A DNA stretch of 64,000 bases from a virus: the IMG/VR virus record IMGVR_UViG_3300027917_000038, positions 11,892 to 75,891 of that record. One strand, written 5' to 3'. This document shows positions 30,611 through 41,120 of the stretch, piece by piece. The translations under genes were made by a program, and so were the position numbers. The notes under the pieces are model-generated. The model ran no database searches. It worked only from the letters and a program-made list of their open reading frames with translations, and had not been told where the DNA came from. Numbering within the stretch: the stretch's first letter is position 1; every line of letters starts with the position of its first letter.

Positions 30611-30996
30611 TTATTTAACATCTCTTCTCTTTTATCAGGATCGACTCCTAAAACTTTAACGATTAGTTTGGCTTGAAGTTTAAGTTTTTCTTTTTCAGCC
30701 TCTTGTTGAATTTCTCCTCCTCCCATTTTCCACATATCGTCTAAGAAGTGTCTCATTTCTGTAATCCATTTTAAGAGTTGTGGGTGCATGTATGTCTTTT
30801 GACCTATGATGTTTCCTTCTTCGTCTATGAGTTGGTCTATTCTTTCATCTTTAAGAAGTTTATTTATGACATCCTGTACCATCTCATATCCTTTTGTCAT
30901 CTCCAGAGCGATGTTTTTTAGGAGGGTGTCTTTATCACTATGCTTATCTAGTGGATAATTCTTTTCCTTTTCAACTATTTCGTTTTTAGTTTCCAT
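30580..30996 (-). CDS. Probable terminase small subunit
   Basis: Helical 138-aa protein overlapping the terL start; MHPQL motif. Confidence 0.55.
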   Translation of the reverse strand: METKNEIVEKEKNYPLDKHSDKDTLLKNIALEMTKGYEMVQDVINKLLKDERIDQLIDEEGNIIGQKTYMHPQLLKWITEMRHFLDDMWKMGGGEIQQEAEKEKLKLQAKLIVKVLGVDPDKREEMLNKWKSSKSYKE

Positions 30997-31105
30997 AATC
31001 CTAAGTGTATAATGTTGTATTCATTTATAAATATGATAGGACATGTTTAAATATTTAAAAATTATAACATAAGTAGAGTATAAAAATTTATACGAGTTGA
31101 TTTTA

Positions 31106-31255
31106 ATGAAAATGGTAGGAATAAAAATGAGTGATGAGCTACACAAAGAATTTAAGAGTTTTTGTCTTATGAGGGATACGAATATGTCAGAAGAATTAAG
31201 AAGTTATATAGTTTTTTGTGTGGGTGAGATGAAAAGACGTAAAAAAGAGGTATAA
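31106..31255 (+). CDS. Ribbon-helix-helix DNA-binding protein, 49 aa, not in the ORF track (MKMVGIKMSDELHKEFKSFCLMRDTNMSEELRSYIVFCVGEMKRRKKEV)
   Basis: Alternating beta-strand, SDELHKEFK helix, then NMSEELRSYI helix: CopG/ParG RHH pattern; divergent from the terminase operon. Confidence 0.75.
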   Translation: MKMVGIKMSDELHKEFKSFCLMRDTNMSEELRSYIVFCVGEMKRRKKEV

Positions 31256-31327
31256 TTTTTAAAAATTCGAACCAAAAGTGCAAAAAAGTCGTAAAAATGT
31301 GGCATTTTGTTTCAAAAAAGTAAAATA

Positions 31328-31479
31328 AGTTTTAAATTTGTAAAACCCCATAGTCGGGGGCAAAAATCTCATTTAAATATGAATTTGCTGGTAAAGAGAT
31401 GGGGATGAGAAGTATGAAAAGACAGAGTTTTAAATTTGTAAAATCCCTATAATACTGGGGGGGTGCGACAAATTTGAAA
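31328..31479. repeat. Direct repeat AGTTTTAAATTTGTAAAA (31328-31345, 31426-31443), each followed by a C-run...G-run; the second is part of the 52-bp site at 31428-31479
   Basis: Read directly from the sequence. Confidence 0.85.
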
Positions 31480-31646
31480 TGAATTCTAAATAGATAAAAT
31501 TAATTTTAGGATCGGTTTATTAATTTCATATTCTTGAAAATCAAATTACAAAAAATTTTATGGTGTGGGGGTTTAAGGCGACTCGCCCAGGTCTCTCAAA
31601 CAAAAGCATGCTTACGTATAAAATTTCAACGTTTTCAAGATTACGT

Positions 31647-32323
31647 GATCATTTTCGATCATGTATTATAAAAAAAGAAAAAAAAATATTTGAATCCGAT
31701 CAAATAAATGATCGGAAACTAGCATTTGATTATCATAATTGATCATCTATTTTTCAGATTTCTCAATCATTTCGATCAAATATTTCATTAATTTATCATT
31801 TTGACTAGCTAATCTGATCAATTTCGATATCTTGAAAACTAGTTTTTTATCATTAGTTTTCTTAATTTGATCTTTCGAAATATTAGATTCTTTCATAGTT
31901 TTTTCGAATTTCGAAAAATTCTTGTAGATATATGATCGAATCTTTGATTCAGATTGATCTTTCAATTTGACGTTTTCGATCATTTGAATATCATTTAAGA
32001 TCAAAATTCCGATCAATTCTGATCTTTTAGCGATTTTTTTCGACGTCTTTTGATTAAGATCGTCATATAAATCATTGATCTTAGTCATAGGAATATCAAT
32101 TTTGATCATGAATTTGATCAAATCCGTTTGACGTTTTTTCGAAAATGATATCCATTTTGCATCAAATTGACTAGTCTTTATGATATTTTCGATCTTTTTA
32201 TTCATGTTATCGATCATCTCATAGAGATTTTTGATCACACGTTTATCATTCTTGATCATTATTATTCATTATTCTGATCATTTTGACGATCAAGATCGAT
32301 CGTTTTAATGATCATTTTTGATC
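31647..32323. other. GATC-dense, GG/CC-depleted compositional island
   Basis: 28 GATC sites in ~680 bp by hand count; 6 GG/CC dinucleotides in 31621-32400. Confidence 0.9.
31747..32259 (-). CDS. Lys/Ile-rich hypothetical protein encoded inside the GATC island
   Basis: 170-aa open frame; BRE-TATA-like CGAAATCTTTATAAA upstream on the minus strand at ~32372-32386. Confidence 0.55.
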   Translation of the reverse strand: MIKNDKRVIKNLYEMIDNMNKKIENIIKTSQFDAKWISFSKKRQTDLIKFMIKIDIPMTKINDLYDDLNQKTSKKIAKRSELIGILILNDIQMIENVKLKDQSESKIRSYIYKNFSKFEKTMKESNISKDQIKKTNDKKLVFKISKLIRLASQNDKLMKYLIEMIEKSEK

Positions 32324-32611
32324 ATTGCGAGAATTTAGAAACGTGAATCAAGATACTAGAATGAATTATCGTTTATAAAGATTTCGATTTGAGAAGCATG
32401 AGCCGGGGTCACAAAAGTGTAAAAACATCACTCGAATTTTAGTGATTTTTAGGACATTAAAAAAAAATTCGCACTCGAAAAAATCACATAGAGAAAAGAC
32501 GTACGCTTACGCCATCGCACTCCCTCGTCCATTCTACAAATGTCAATCTCTTCCTGACAATATTTATTTGACAACTTGCTACTTACTATAATATCTCTCA
32601 CATCAAAAAAT

Positions 32612-32628
32612 AGAAAAATTTATAAATG
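32612..32628 (+). promoter_or_regulatory. BRE/TATA-like promoter of the first early gene cluster
   Basis: GAAAAATTTATAAAT about 60-70 bp upstream of the ATG at 32688. Confidence 0.45.
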
Positions 32629-32687
32629 ATTATTCCTACTATTAATATAATAAGAGTTCAAATAAAATTCTCTTATTTTAAAAAATT

Positions 32688-35443
32688 ATGAGCATGAATA
32701 AAAAAATGTCATCATATAATTGGCCAGATATTAAAAACATAAATTCTCAGCATACAAATTCGAATATCGAGGCAATCCTAAGAAGACTTGATGATATCTA
32801 CAAACTAGCTCCGGAATCCATCAATGCTCTCACAAATATCATTCTCGCTGACATCAAGAAATTCCAAAAGCGAATAGAACTAGCTGATAAATCTGATGTT
32901 GATATATGGCAAATCTCTAATATGCCAAGATTTATCTATCGACAAGTAAAAAATAACAATCCTAGAATCACATTAGAATATATCAACGCGTTAATAGGAG
33001 GACAAATCTTAAATCCAAATAGCGTATACATCGAAAGAGCAACACGAATATTAAAGCAAAAGGAGGAAACAAAATGACTAACCATGAGATTTTATACAAG
33101 GAAAAAACAGCAAAATTTTCATTACCTAAGCCGCTAGTCTTGTCTCTACTTTTCATGGCGAATGAATGCATGTCAAAGATTTACGAAGAGAAATATATGG
33201 AATCAGGAAAAGCATTTTATCTCAATGTTGCTGAAAGATATGCTAATAAATTAGACAATCTAAATAAATGCGTACAAATGATAAGATTGTAGGTGAAATA
33301 CATGAGTGAAGAAGACAAGAAATTTATGGCACAAAAATTAGAGATACTAAGATATATCACGCCTCTAATCGACGTTCCGTTGAAATACAAGAAATCGGTT
33401 CTTACATTATTAGAATTAACAACGAATCTAAAAGATAACGTTCAATTATCCACGCGTTTAGAAGAGCTGTATGGAATCTACAAAGCTTTTTATAAACACG
33501 TGCAGGGATTACGTCAAATGGAGCATTGTCTTGAATGCATGTCTCAAATCAAATACATAGCGAATCATTTCCAAATCGAATTTAACACAGAATTTATTAT
33601 AAACATGTGAGGCGATTATGTTGAGAATAAACCAAATCTTAAATCACGAGAGATCTTCTTGCGCGTTGATCTCTCACATTTTTTATATAAAACAAAATTA
33701 TAAATTGGAGGAAAAATTATGGATTTTATAAGAGTTTGTAATTTAATGACCATAACTTCTAAGCGAGCTACTGGAACAAATATAGAACAACAACTAGCTA
33801 TGCATGCTTTAAATGGTATTATGCCTGAAGTTTTCACAGATCTTTACGAGATAACAAGAAGGAATCTCCATCTTGATAAAAAACAAATACTAAAAGAGAT
33901 ACAAGAATTAATCGACGATTTCGATAACGACAAGCCTACACAATGCGAAGAATGTCCACTAGCCGCTCTATGCCGAGGTGAAAATTGTGATTAAATTAGA
34001 CAATCTAAATGAATTGGAAGGAATGGAATTTGTCAGAATTGAATCCTACAAGAATTATATATACGCTGTAGGAAAATTCTATGACAACGGAAAAGATACA
34101 TACAAATACTACACAATTCAATGCTACAGGAATTCAACGATCACAATTCAGCCTCTCTCTTTTTTTGTTGATGAAAATCACATAAAGAGATTAACGCTAC
34201 TGCAATTTGTAGATGAACAAACACGCGTTCATATAAATCCAATAAAAAATGAATGGAGGTGGCGAAATGCCGAATGAAATTGTTTGTCCAAAATGTTTGA
34301 ATCGTCCAACTAAAGAGAGAGAATCACGTGAGGTTATACACATGCACGAGAAAACATTTTGTATGCGCATTCGAGAGAGATACTGGACTTGCTACGAATG
34401 CGGAATAAAATACAAGCAAAGAACTTTGTTTAGTGAAATTGGATTAGTTAAAGAAGACAAATTATTTGAATTGGAGGAATAAAAATGTCAGATGGAAGAA
34501 TTGCTTTTATAACACATTTAAAAGAATACATAGATTTCGAAAAAATATGGAAGCATTCTCAAGAACTTGTAGATAAGGTTGGTGAGATTCTCGACCAAGT
34601 AATATCCGTACAAAACCATTTATATGGATTAAAAGGAAACAAATTCATAGAGGGATTTGGATTAGAATCACAATATAAGTGGGCAGCCAAATATTTAAAT
34701 GACGCATCTGATCAATTGGAAAAGCTTCAAAACAGCTTAATAGATGAGTTTAATAGAATACATGCATTAGAATTGGAGGAAAAAAATGACAAAGAAAAAT
34801 GAACCAAAAGGGCCCGCAATAGTCCGTTTCTTGTCAAAGAATATCAACAGACGAAGTCCTACAATGGAAGATATTAAGGGCGTGATTCTAGGAGAAAACA
34901 AAGAATGGAAGCAATGTCCTAAATGTCATGGATACGGAGATTACTTTGATAAAAATACCAAAACTTATAGAAATTGTACTTGCGAAAACGGATTGGTGAG
35001 ACGTGAAGAATAAAATGTATATTAAGAACAGTCATCCAGCCTTTTATGGATTCGAGAAATTGGAATTTCATAAATGCGATGCTGAGATACAAAACAACAC
35101 TATTCTGGTGCTACATTATCTACAAACGGAAAGGAGCAGGACTAAGAAACTACAGGCGTTCTTTCTGGATGATTTAGTATCAACAGATTCAGTCGAGATT
35201 GTAGGAACATTAGCACAATTAGATATACCAATTACATATACCAAGGGTGATTAAATGTACTATTTCGAACACAAAGATGAAGAAGAACAACAACAGAGAT
35301 TCAAACGTGATTATTTCAAATGTATAATCGAATTGGATAATTGGTACATGGAAGAATTAGACTTACAGCCTAAAAAGATACGTAAGAAAATTATAGCAAC
35401 GAACGCTATTTACAAAATGACTTTAGCACGAAGAAAAAACTAA
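32688..35443 (+). CDS. Cluster of ~10 small early hypothetical ORFs, several with Cys-pair zinc motifs (e.g. 34249-34482, 34786-35013)
   Basis: Tightly packed co-oriented ORFs with GGAGG/GGTG RBSs; no family recognised. Confidence 0.6.
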
Positions 35444-35451
35444 AAAAATAG

Positions 35452-35490
35452 GGACATGCGTGCGTAAGCATGTCCTAAAATTCTTTTTTT
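35452..35490. terminator. Hairpin between convergent genes (GGACATGC/GCATGTCC) flanked by A and T tracts
   Basis: 8-bp stem at 35452-35459/35468-35475 between stop codons at 35443 and 35491. Confidence 0.55.
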
Positions 35491-37983
35491 TTATTTTGAT
35501 GTTAATAATTTAGCCTCTTTAACTTCACATTCTGCTTCATACAATAAATTGAATATGTCGTCAAATATATCTTGCTCATTCATTTCAATGGACATTTTCA
35601 ATGCCACATTAATCACTTGACTTATTTTTATATTTTGTTGCGGATAAATCGACACTCGTTTTTTGTTCAATGGATTCTTGTAGATTAAATCTTGATTGCC
35701 TATAACGGTTCCATGAGTAAAAGCAGTCCAGCCATCCCATTCATCTTGTAAATCAATACAGTTTTCTTTGAATTGGTGATAGAATTTATGCATAAATTCA
35801 TCGCCACGTTTATAGATCTTCACTATTCCGCCTATGTTGAGATTATTAGACATAACCTTGCAATAACTAACTACATCTCTTTGTATTATTATTCTACGAT
35901 AATAATTCACATCTACATAATTATGTGCCATCTCTTTGATAATCTCTCGCAAGAAATCTTTTGAACGTTTTATCTTTCTTGCTCTGACTTCACTTAAAAG
36001 CACTCTGTATTTTTTCAATGTCTTATCAATCTCTTCCAGCACTCCCAAATTGCCTAATTTCTTTTGTAGTTTTTGTATTTGTTTGCCAATGCTTTTGGCT
36101 TTCTTGCTATTGCCGTGATAGTTCTTCTTGTTCTTTTTCAAAACTTTTATATCTCTAACAATTTCTAATATCTGTCGTTTCAAATCTATGTACTTCCTTT
36201 TCTGTTTCATCAAGTAAGCGATTAATCTATGTAAAGCATGACTATTTGGAATAAATTTTAAGACATCTTGAAAGAACTTCCTGAAATATTTGTTTCTAAC
36301 ATCATCGTCTTTTATTTTGCTACATTTATCAAGATATAAATGTCTCGCATCAATATCAGCAATAAAGAAATCCATGTCATTCTCACCAGTTTCATATACA
36401 CATTGATTTATTATATTGCCACCTCGAATCCATCCAGTCTCTCCAAAATATTGTTGATGATGAAAACTTGCATAAACTTTGTAATAATTGTTTTTACTTG
36501 TCTCTTTAGAAACAATTTTTTTCTTATTGATATATCTAGGTTGTGGATAATATAATTGGTAAGAAGTAATGGCAGTATTAGTCATTTCGTAATTTCCTAT
36601 TGGATCATGAATTTGTCTATCTGATAACCCCTTAATTCCTAGTTTGTGGCAAAATATCCTAAAGTTTCTTATATAATTTTGTTGAATATCCGGATTGCTA
36701 TGATAAGGAAAAACAAAATCTACATCACAACACTCATCTTCTATTTGTAATTTTTCTTTATACAAATTATCTTCAACATCATCAAGAAACCCTGTATGAA
36801 ACCATTTCTTTGGAGCTAAATAATCGTACTGAATCCATACTTTGTTCCTTATTTGTCCTTGTTTGACAATGCGTACATGCTTATTGTTCTCCAATTTCTT
36901 AATGAAACGTTGATATCTCTTTGGTCTAACTGAAATACAGGCAAATAAGAAGTCATTAAGATCTATTGTAGGGGTTTCATCACAATAATCAAATGCCATC
37001 GGAACATGTCGCATTATCTTTCCACTGTCAGCCCATATCTTATTGTCATTCAATTGTTCTCCATATCGTTCTTTTAACACAAAATCTTCATATTCCTTGC
37101 GTTTCTTTTTCATCCAGAGTTTAATCTTGCTGTTCTTTACGGAATAGTTATTATTCTTAATGTGTTGAATAATATGTTTATCTATGGAACAATCATCTAA
37201 GAAATTGTTAGTTGTCTTGATTTGTTCTTCTAAATCAATTTCATAATCACCACTTATTCGCCATTGTTTCTTTAAGAAACGAGCATATTCTTCCATGCTC
37301 ATTACGCCTGTAGGTCTATTCATTTGTTGTTTGTTTTCGTTTATTTTCTCTTTTATGTATCTGATATATTCCAAATGATCGACCAGTTCAAAAACATCTT
37401 TTGCTATCTTTTTCTGCTTGTCTAATTCTTCTACTAATTCTCTGTTCCAAAGTGTTTCAGAATCCACTTGAATTTCTATTGTTTTTGTTTTAGCTGTTAT
37501 CTTCTTTCCATCCCAACTTCCTGGGACAATCCTCGTAGCCACTTTCACTTTCTCTGTTATTGTATAATTGCTCTGAATCCATTGTGGAATCTCTTCACAA
37601 ATAGTCTTATTATCTTTTGTGATTATCTCGCATTTCTGAAGGCAAGTAATCGCATTCTCCACAATCTTCTGAAAAGCTGGAGTTCTTTTTTTGTCATGAT
37701 ATTCTTGTTTAAGAATTTTGTTTAATTCTTTTTTGACCATGAGCTGAATGTGATCAATACTACATTTCCTAAGAAATCTGTTGCTTGAACGCATGTTAAA
37801 TAGACCAAAGAAATCATTGGACTTTCTAACAGTATTAGTTCTAATGTACTTATAAATAATAGCATTAATAGTCTTTTTGTTTCCCTTCATCACTTGGTCG
37901 CATAATCTGTCAAGAAGCGTTGCGTCCAATTTGAGCATTTTTAATTTAAAAACAGTATTCAATTTTAAGCTTGTTAAATCCAT
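35491..37983 (-). CDS. Large orphan protein (830 aa)
   Basis: Long ORF with GAGGTG RBS; no family confidently recognised. Confidence 0.75.
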   Translation of the reverse strand: MDLTSLKLNTVFKLKMLKLDATLLDRLCDQVMKGNKKTINAIIYKYIRTNTVRKSNDFFGLFNMRSSNRFLRKCSIDHIQLMVKKELNKILKQEYHDKKRTPAFQKIVENAITCLQKCEIITKDNKTICEEIPQWIQSNYTITEKVKVATRIVPGSWDGKKITAKTKTIEIQVDSETLWNRELVEELDKQKKIAKDVFELVDHLEYIRYIKEKINENKQQMNRPTGVMSMEEYARFLKKQWRISGDYEIDLEEQIKTTNNFLDDCSIDKHIIQHIKNNNYSVKNSKIKLWMKKKRKEYEDFVLKERYGEQLNDNKIWADSGKIMRHVPMAFDYCDETPTIDLNDFLFACISVRPKRYQRFIKKLENNKHVRIVKQGQIRNKVWIQYDYLAPKKWFHTGFLDDVEDNLYKEKLQIEDECCDVDFVFPYHSNPDIQQNYIRNFRIFCHKLGIKGLSDRQIHDPIGNYEMTNTAITSYQLYYPQPRYINKKKIVSKETSKNNYYKVYASFHHQQYFGETGWIRGGNIINQCVYETGENDMDFFIADIDARHLYLDKCSKIKDDDVRNKYFRKFFQDVLKFIPNSHALHRLIAYLMKQKRKYIDLKRQILEIVRDIKVLKKNKKNYHGNSKKAKSIGKQIQKLQKKLGNLGVLEEIDKTLKKYRVLLSEVRARKIKRSKDFLREIIKEMAHNYVDVNYYRRIIIQRDVVSYCKVMSNNLNIGGIVKIYKRGDEFMHKFYHQFKENCIDLQDEWDGWTAFTHGTVIGNQDLIYKNPLNKKRVSIYPQQNIKISQVINVALKMSIEMNEQDIFDDIFNLLYEAECEVKEAKLLTSK

Positions 37984-38517
37984 TAGTGTGTTACCACCTC
38001 TGTAATCAACCCCACCACTTCCCCATCCTTTGTTTTATAATTTATATACATAATTATTTCAACACAAAATCTTTTTTGTTATATCTATCCAACTTTTCTT
38101 CATCTGTTAGTTTCTTATATCTTGTCAATAAATCTCTAACAAAATAAATAAAGAGTGTATCCATCGTTGTTTCGACAACATCTGCTACTGTATCTAAAAC
38201 AGATTGAAAAACACTTGGATAATATCTGTTCAATTTATTTAATGCTTCAATTAATCTCATTTTTAATCCTCCATCCAGTCGCACACAACATTTCCGTCTT
38301 TGTCAATTCTCCAGCTTGGGCACGCTATATACTTTTCTAATGTGCCAATAATATCTATCGCTGTTGCTCCTATCTCATTGTTATCAGTTTTATCCATTAT
38401 GAACTTAGCCATGTCACGAATATCATCAAGATCTGCTTTGTCGACTGGAATTACAATTTTATTATCATTCATGTTTCATCATATAAATTTGTTTTCTATA
38501 TACTAGTAATGAAGCAT

Positions 38518-38534
38518 TCTTTATAAATTTTTCG
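38518..38534 (-). promoter_or_regulatory. BRE/TATA-like promoter for the minus-strand unit (38472 to 35491)
   Basis: Minus strand CGAAAAATTTATAAAG about 45-60 bp upstream of the ATG at 38472. Confidence 0.5.
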
Positions 38535-39745
38535 ATCACCAGTTTAATGAGATCTTTCAAGGATTTAACCGAAATTCAAAAATCTTAAAATCCTAAGATA
38601 TATTTTTTAAATTCGGAAAATAGATTTGATGGAATGATTCCCAAGTCTCACAGATTTGCTCGTTTTTTTCTCGAATATATAGATTAAGAAAAGTAATTTA
38701 ATAAAAACAATTTTAATTAACATAAATAAAAATTTGGAGGATTTAGTATGCCAGAAAAAAAATTGACCAATCAACAGATTTTGGATAGGACGAAGGCAAA
38801 GAGCTATATTATGTTGCCACAAGATCACATCGTTAAAGTCGTCTCACAATTGAATGCGGAGCAACAAAAGAAATGCTTTGGAAACGAAAAAACATTAAAA
38901 CCACTCAACCCAGTACAAGCGGCAGGTATCCTAACTGTCGTAGAGGGATTGGATAAAATCGATCCACGACCAATTAGCAAGATTCCTATTGACGACCAAA
39001 GAAAAATAATCAAAGAGCAATCCGCAAAAAACGACGCTGTCAAGAAATTCTTGGAAGAAAACGGCTATTGGGAGCAATCTCAAATACTTAAGGAAACTAC
39101 AGTTGCTGGTGATTTCAGTCCATCCGGACTTTGGTCTGTTATTGACGATATGATTGCTGACATGGATTTCAGCAGACCAAAAGAATAAACACAATAATTT
39201 AATTTTTTTTTTCGTTGATGTATCCTCTACAAAGTAAAAGTAACATAAAAAACAAGAGGGAAATATTATGAGCACACCAGAATTTAAAGACCTTTTTAAT
39301 AAAGATGTCTTAAAGGATTTTGTTAAGAAACGAACAAAAGAAGCATTCACAGAAGTAGATAAAGAACTAAAAAAGTTTGTAGATTTTTTCGAAAGTGAGG
39401 GAAAATGTCACAGAGGAGAAAAAGTATTTGGATGTTATCGTAGAGATGTAATAGCATTCACGGAACTTCTTATTGGAAAGAAACTTCCAATGCCACAAGA
39501 CTATAATGGGGCTTGTATCAAAAACGGGGAAACTGGAAAGAAATTATATCTTGTTACTAAATCAAAACATTATATAGATCATCCAACTGATATTCTCACA
39601 GTATTAGATGCCAGTGGAAATGAGAGGGAATTAAAGAAAACTCCTACTCCAGCCACAGATGAAGAAATAGACAAATTTTTTGAGGATTTTAAAATTACAA
39701 AGGAAGTAGTACGTTCAATATTCAACTTCTAATATTTTTTTTCAC

Positions 39746-39882
39746 GAGATTGGTTGTAGTTCGACAGCGACTGTTAAATAAGAGAGGATCGACAATATGA
39801 AATATGACAAATTGCCAACAATAAAAAGGAACAGTTGCCGAACAATGGAACAAAACGGGAGGTTCGACCCCTCCCAATCTCA
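39746..39882 (+). ncRNA. tRNA-like RNA (acceptor stem and T-arm) with long internal stem-loop; tmRNA-like architecture
   Basis: GAGATTG/CAATCTC acceptor, GGAGG-TTCGACC-CCTCC T-arm, internal GTTCG/CGAAC and GCGACTGTT/AACAGTTGC helices. Confidence 0.65.
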
Positions 39883-40021
39883 TCCTAAAGCAAAAGTGTA
39901 TAACTATGAAGTTTTACAGAATATTTTTTGACAAAATAATAGAACATTTCTCAAAATTCGAAACATTAACAGATTTTGAATTAAAAGAACTATTAAAACA
40001 AGCATTTGATGAAATGCAATC

Positions 40022-40279
40022 ATGATTGAAATATTGTCTTGGATTAGCACTTTGTTTTTCTTTATAGGTGCGTATATTTATTCTGGTAAGAAACAAAAAT
40101 ATCCAAGAACTAGAATGACAGGATTTATAATATATTGCGTTGGTGGAACAATTTATATTTACATAAATTTATTCATGCAGTTTAATTTAGCGTTTGCTTC
40201 TTGTCAAGTTGTATTTAATATACTTGACATACGAGCAATATATCATTGTTGGAAAGAAATTAAAGAACAAAAACAATAA
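40022..40279 (+). CDS. Small 3-TM membrane protein (SemiSWEET/PnuC-like half-transporter pattern)
   Basis: Three hydrophobic helices; ILSWIST...GF..Y..G...W pattern. Confidence 0.4.
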   Translation: MIEILSWISTLFFFIGAYIYSGKKQKYPRTRMTGFIIYCVGGTIYIYINLFMQFNLAFASCQVVFNILDIRAIYHCWKEIKEQKQ

Positions 40280-40808
40280 AATGTTAGTAATAGAAGTTAT
40301 TTTATGGATTGTTATTTTAATAGGATACGGAGCATGTTTATTTGGATTTTATGTAGCAATCTGGTCTTATAAACAAGGAAATGATGATTGGGTGTTACCA
40401 TTATTTCTTACAAGTCTTTTATTATTATGTGTTATATTAACACATATAAGACTTACAATAGACTTTGACCAATTATATAAAATATTATACACGGAGTTGT
40501 AAAAATGTTATCATATATGAATATGTTTGATGTTGAATCAACAGAAGAATATCATAGGTATCATACTAAATGGCATAAAAACTGGCGTGATTATCAAAGA
40601 GAAACAAAAGAAATTAACACTAAAATAGAGTGGGAAAAACGAATGGAATCCACTTACGATAATCTAAAAACATTTATTAATTCCTTAAATTTACGATTAT
40701 ACATTCGTATTAAACGCAAATTTTTTCATTACAAAGAATTCAAATACAAAATTTTTATTACAAGAAATAAGAAACTAATTAAATCAAAATTACATAAAAT
40801 AATAACAA

Positions 40809-40882
40809 GGGCTCTTAGTGTTACTGGACGAGCATACTCATCAGATGTATGAGAGGGGTTGGTTCGATTCCAACAGAGCCCA
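40809..40882 (+). tRNA. Cloverleaf tRNA-like gene, nominal anticodon GAT (Ile), with non-canonical anticodon loop
   Basis: GGGCTCT/AGAGCCC acceptor, GTGT/GCAT D-stem, CTCAT-CAGATGT-ATGAG anticodon arm (A33 instead of U33), GTTGG-TTCGATT-CCAAC T-arm. Confidence 0.7.
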
Positions 40883-41120
40883 TCCAAAGGTGTAAATTAT
40901 GAAAATTTTGGAACAAAATGAACAAAGCACATTAGAAGTGCTTCTTCGTTTCACAAAAGAGGAAATGAAACTATTCTTAAACACTGTAGTAGATTGTGCA
41001 AAACCTGCAAACTGTAGTTATGAAGATTACAAAGAAATAATAAAAACAAAATCTCCTTCAAGTGAATTCGAAGAAATATTACAAAAATTATACTCGTTAG
41101 TAGAATAAAGTGAAAAAATC

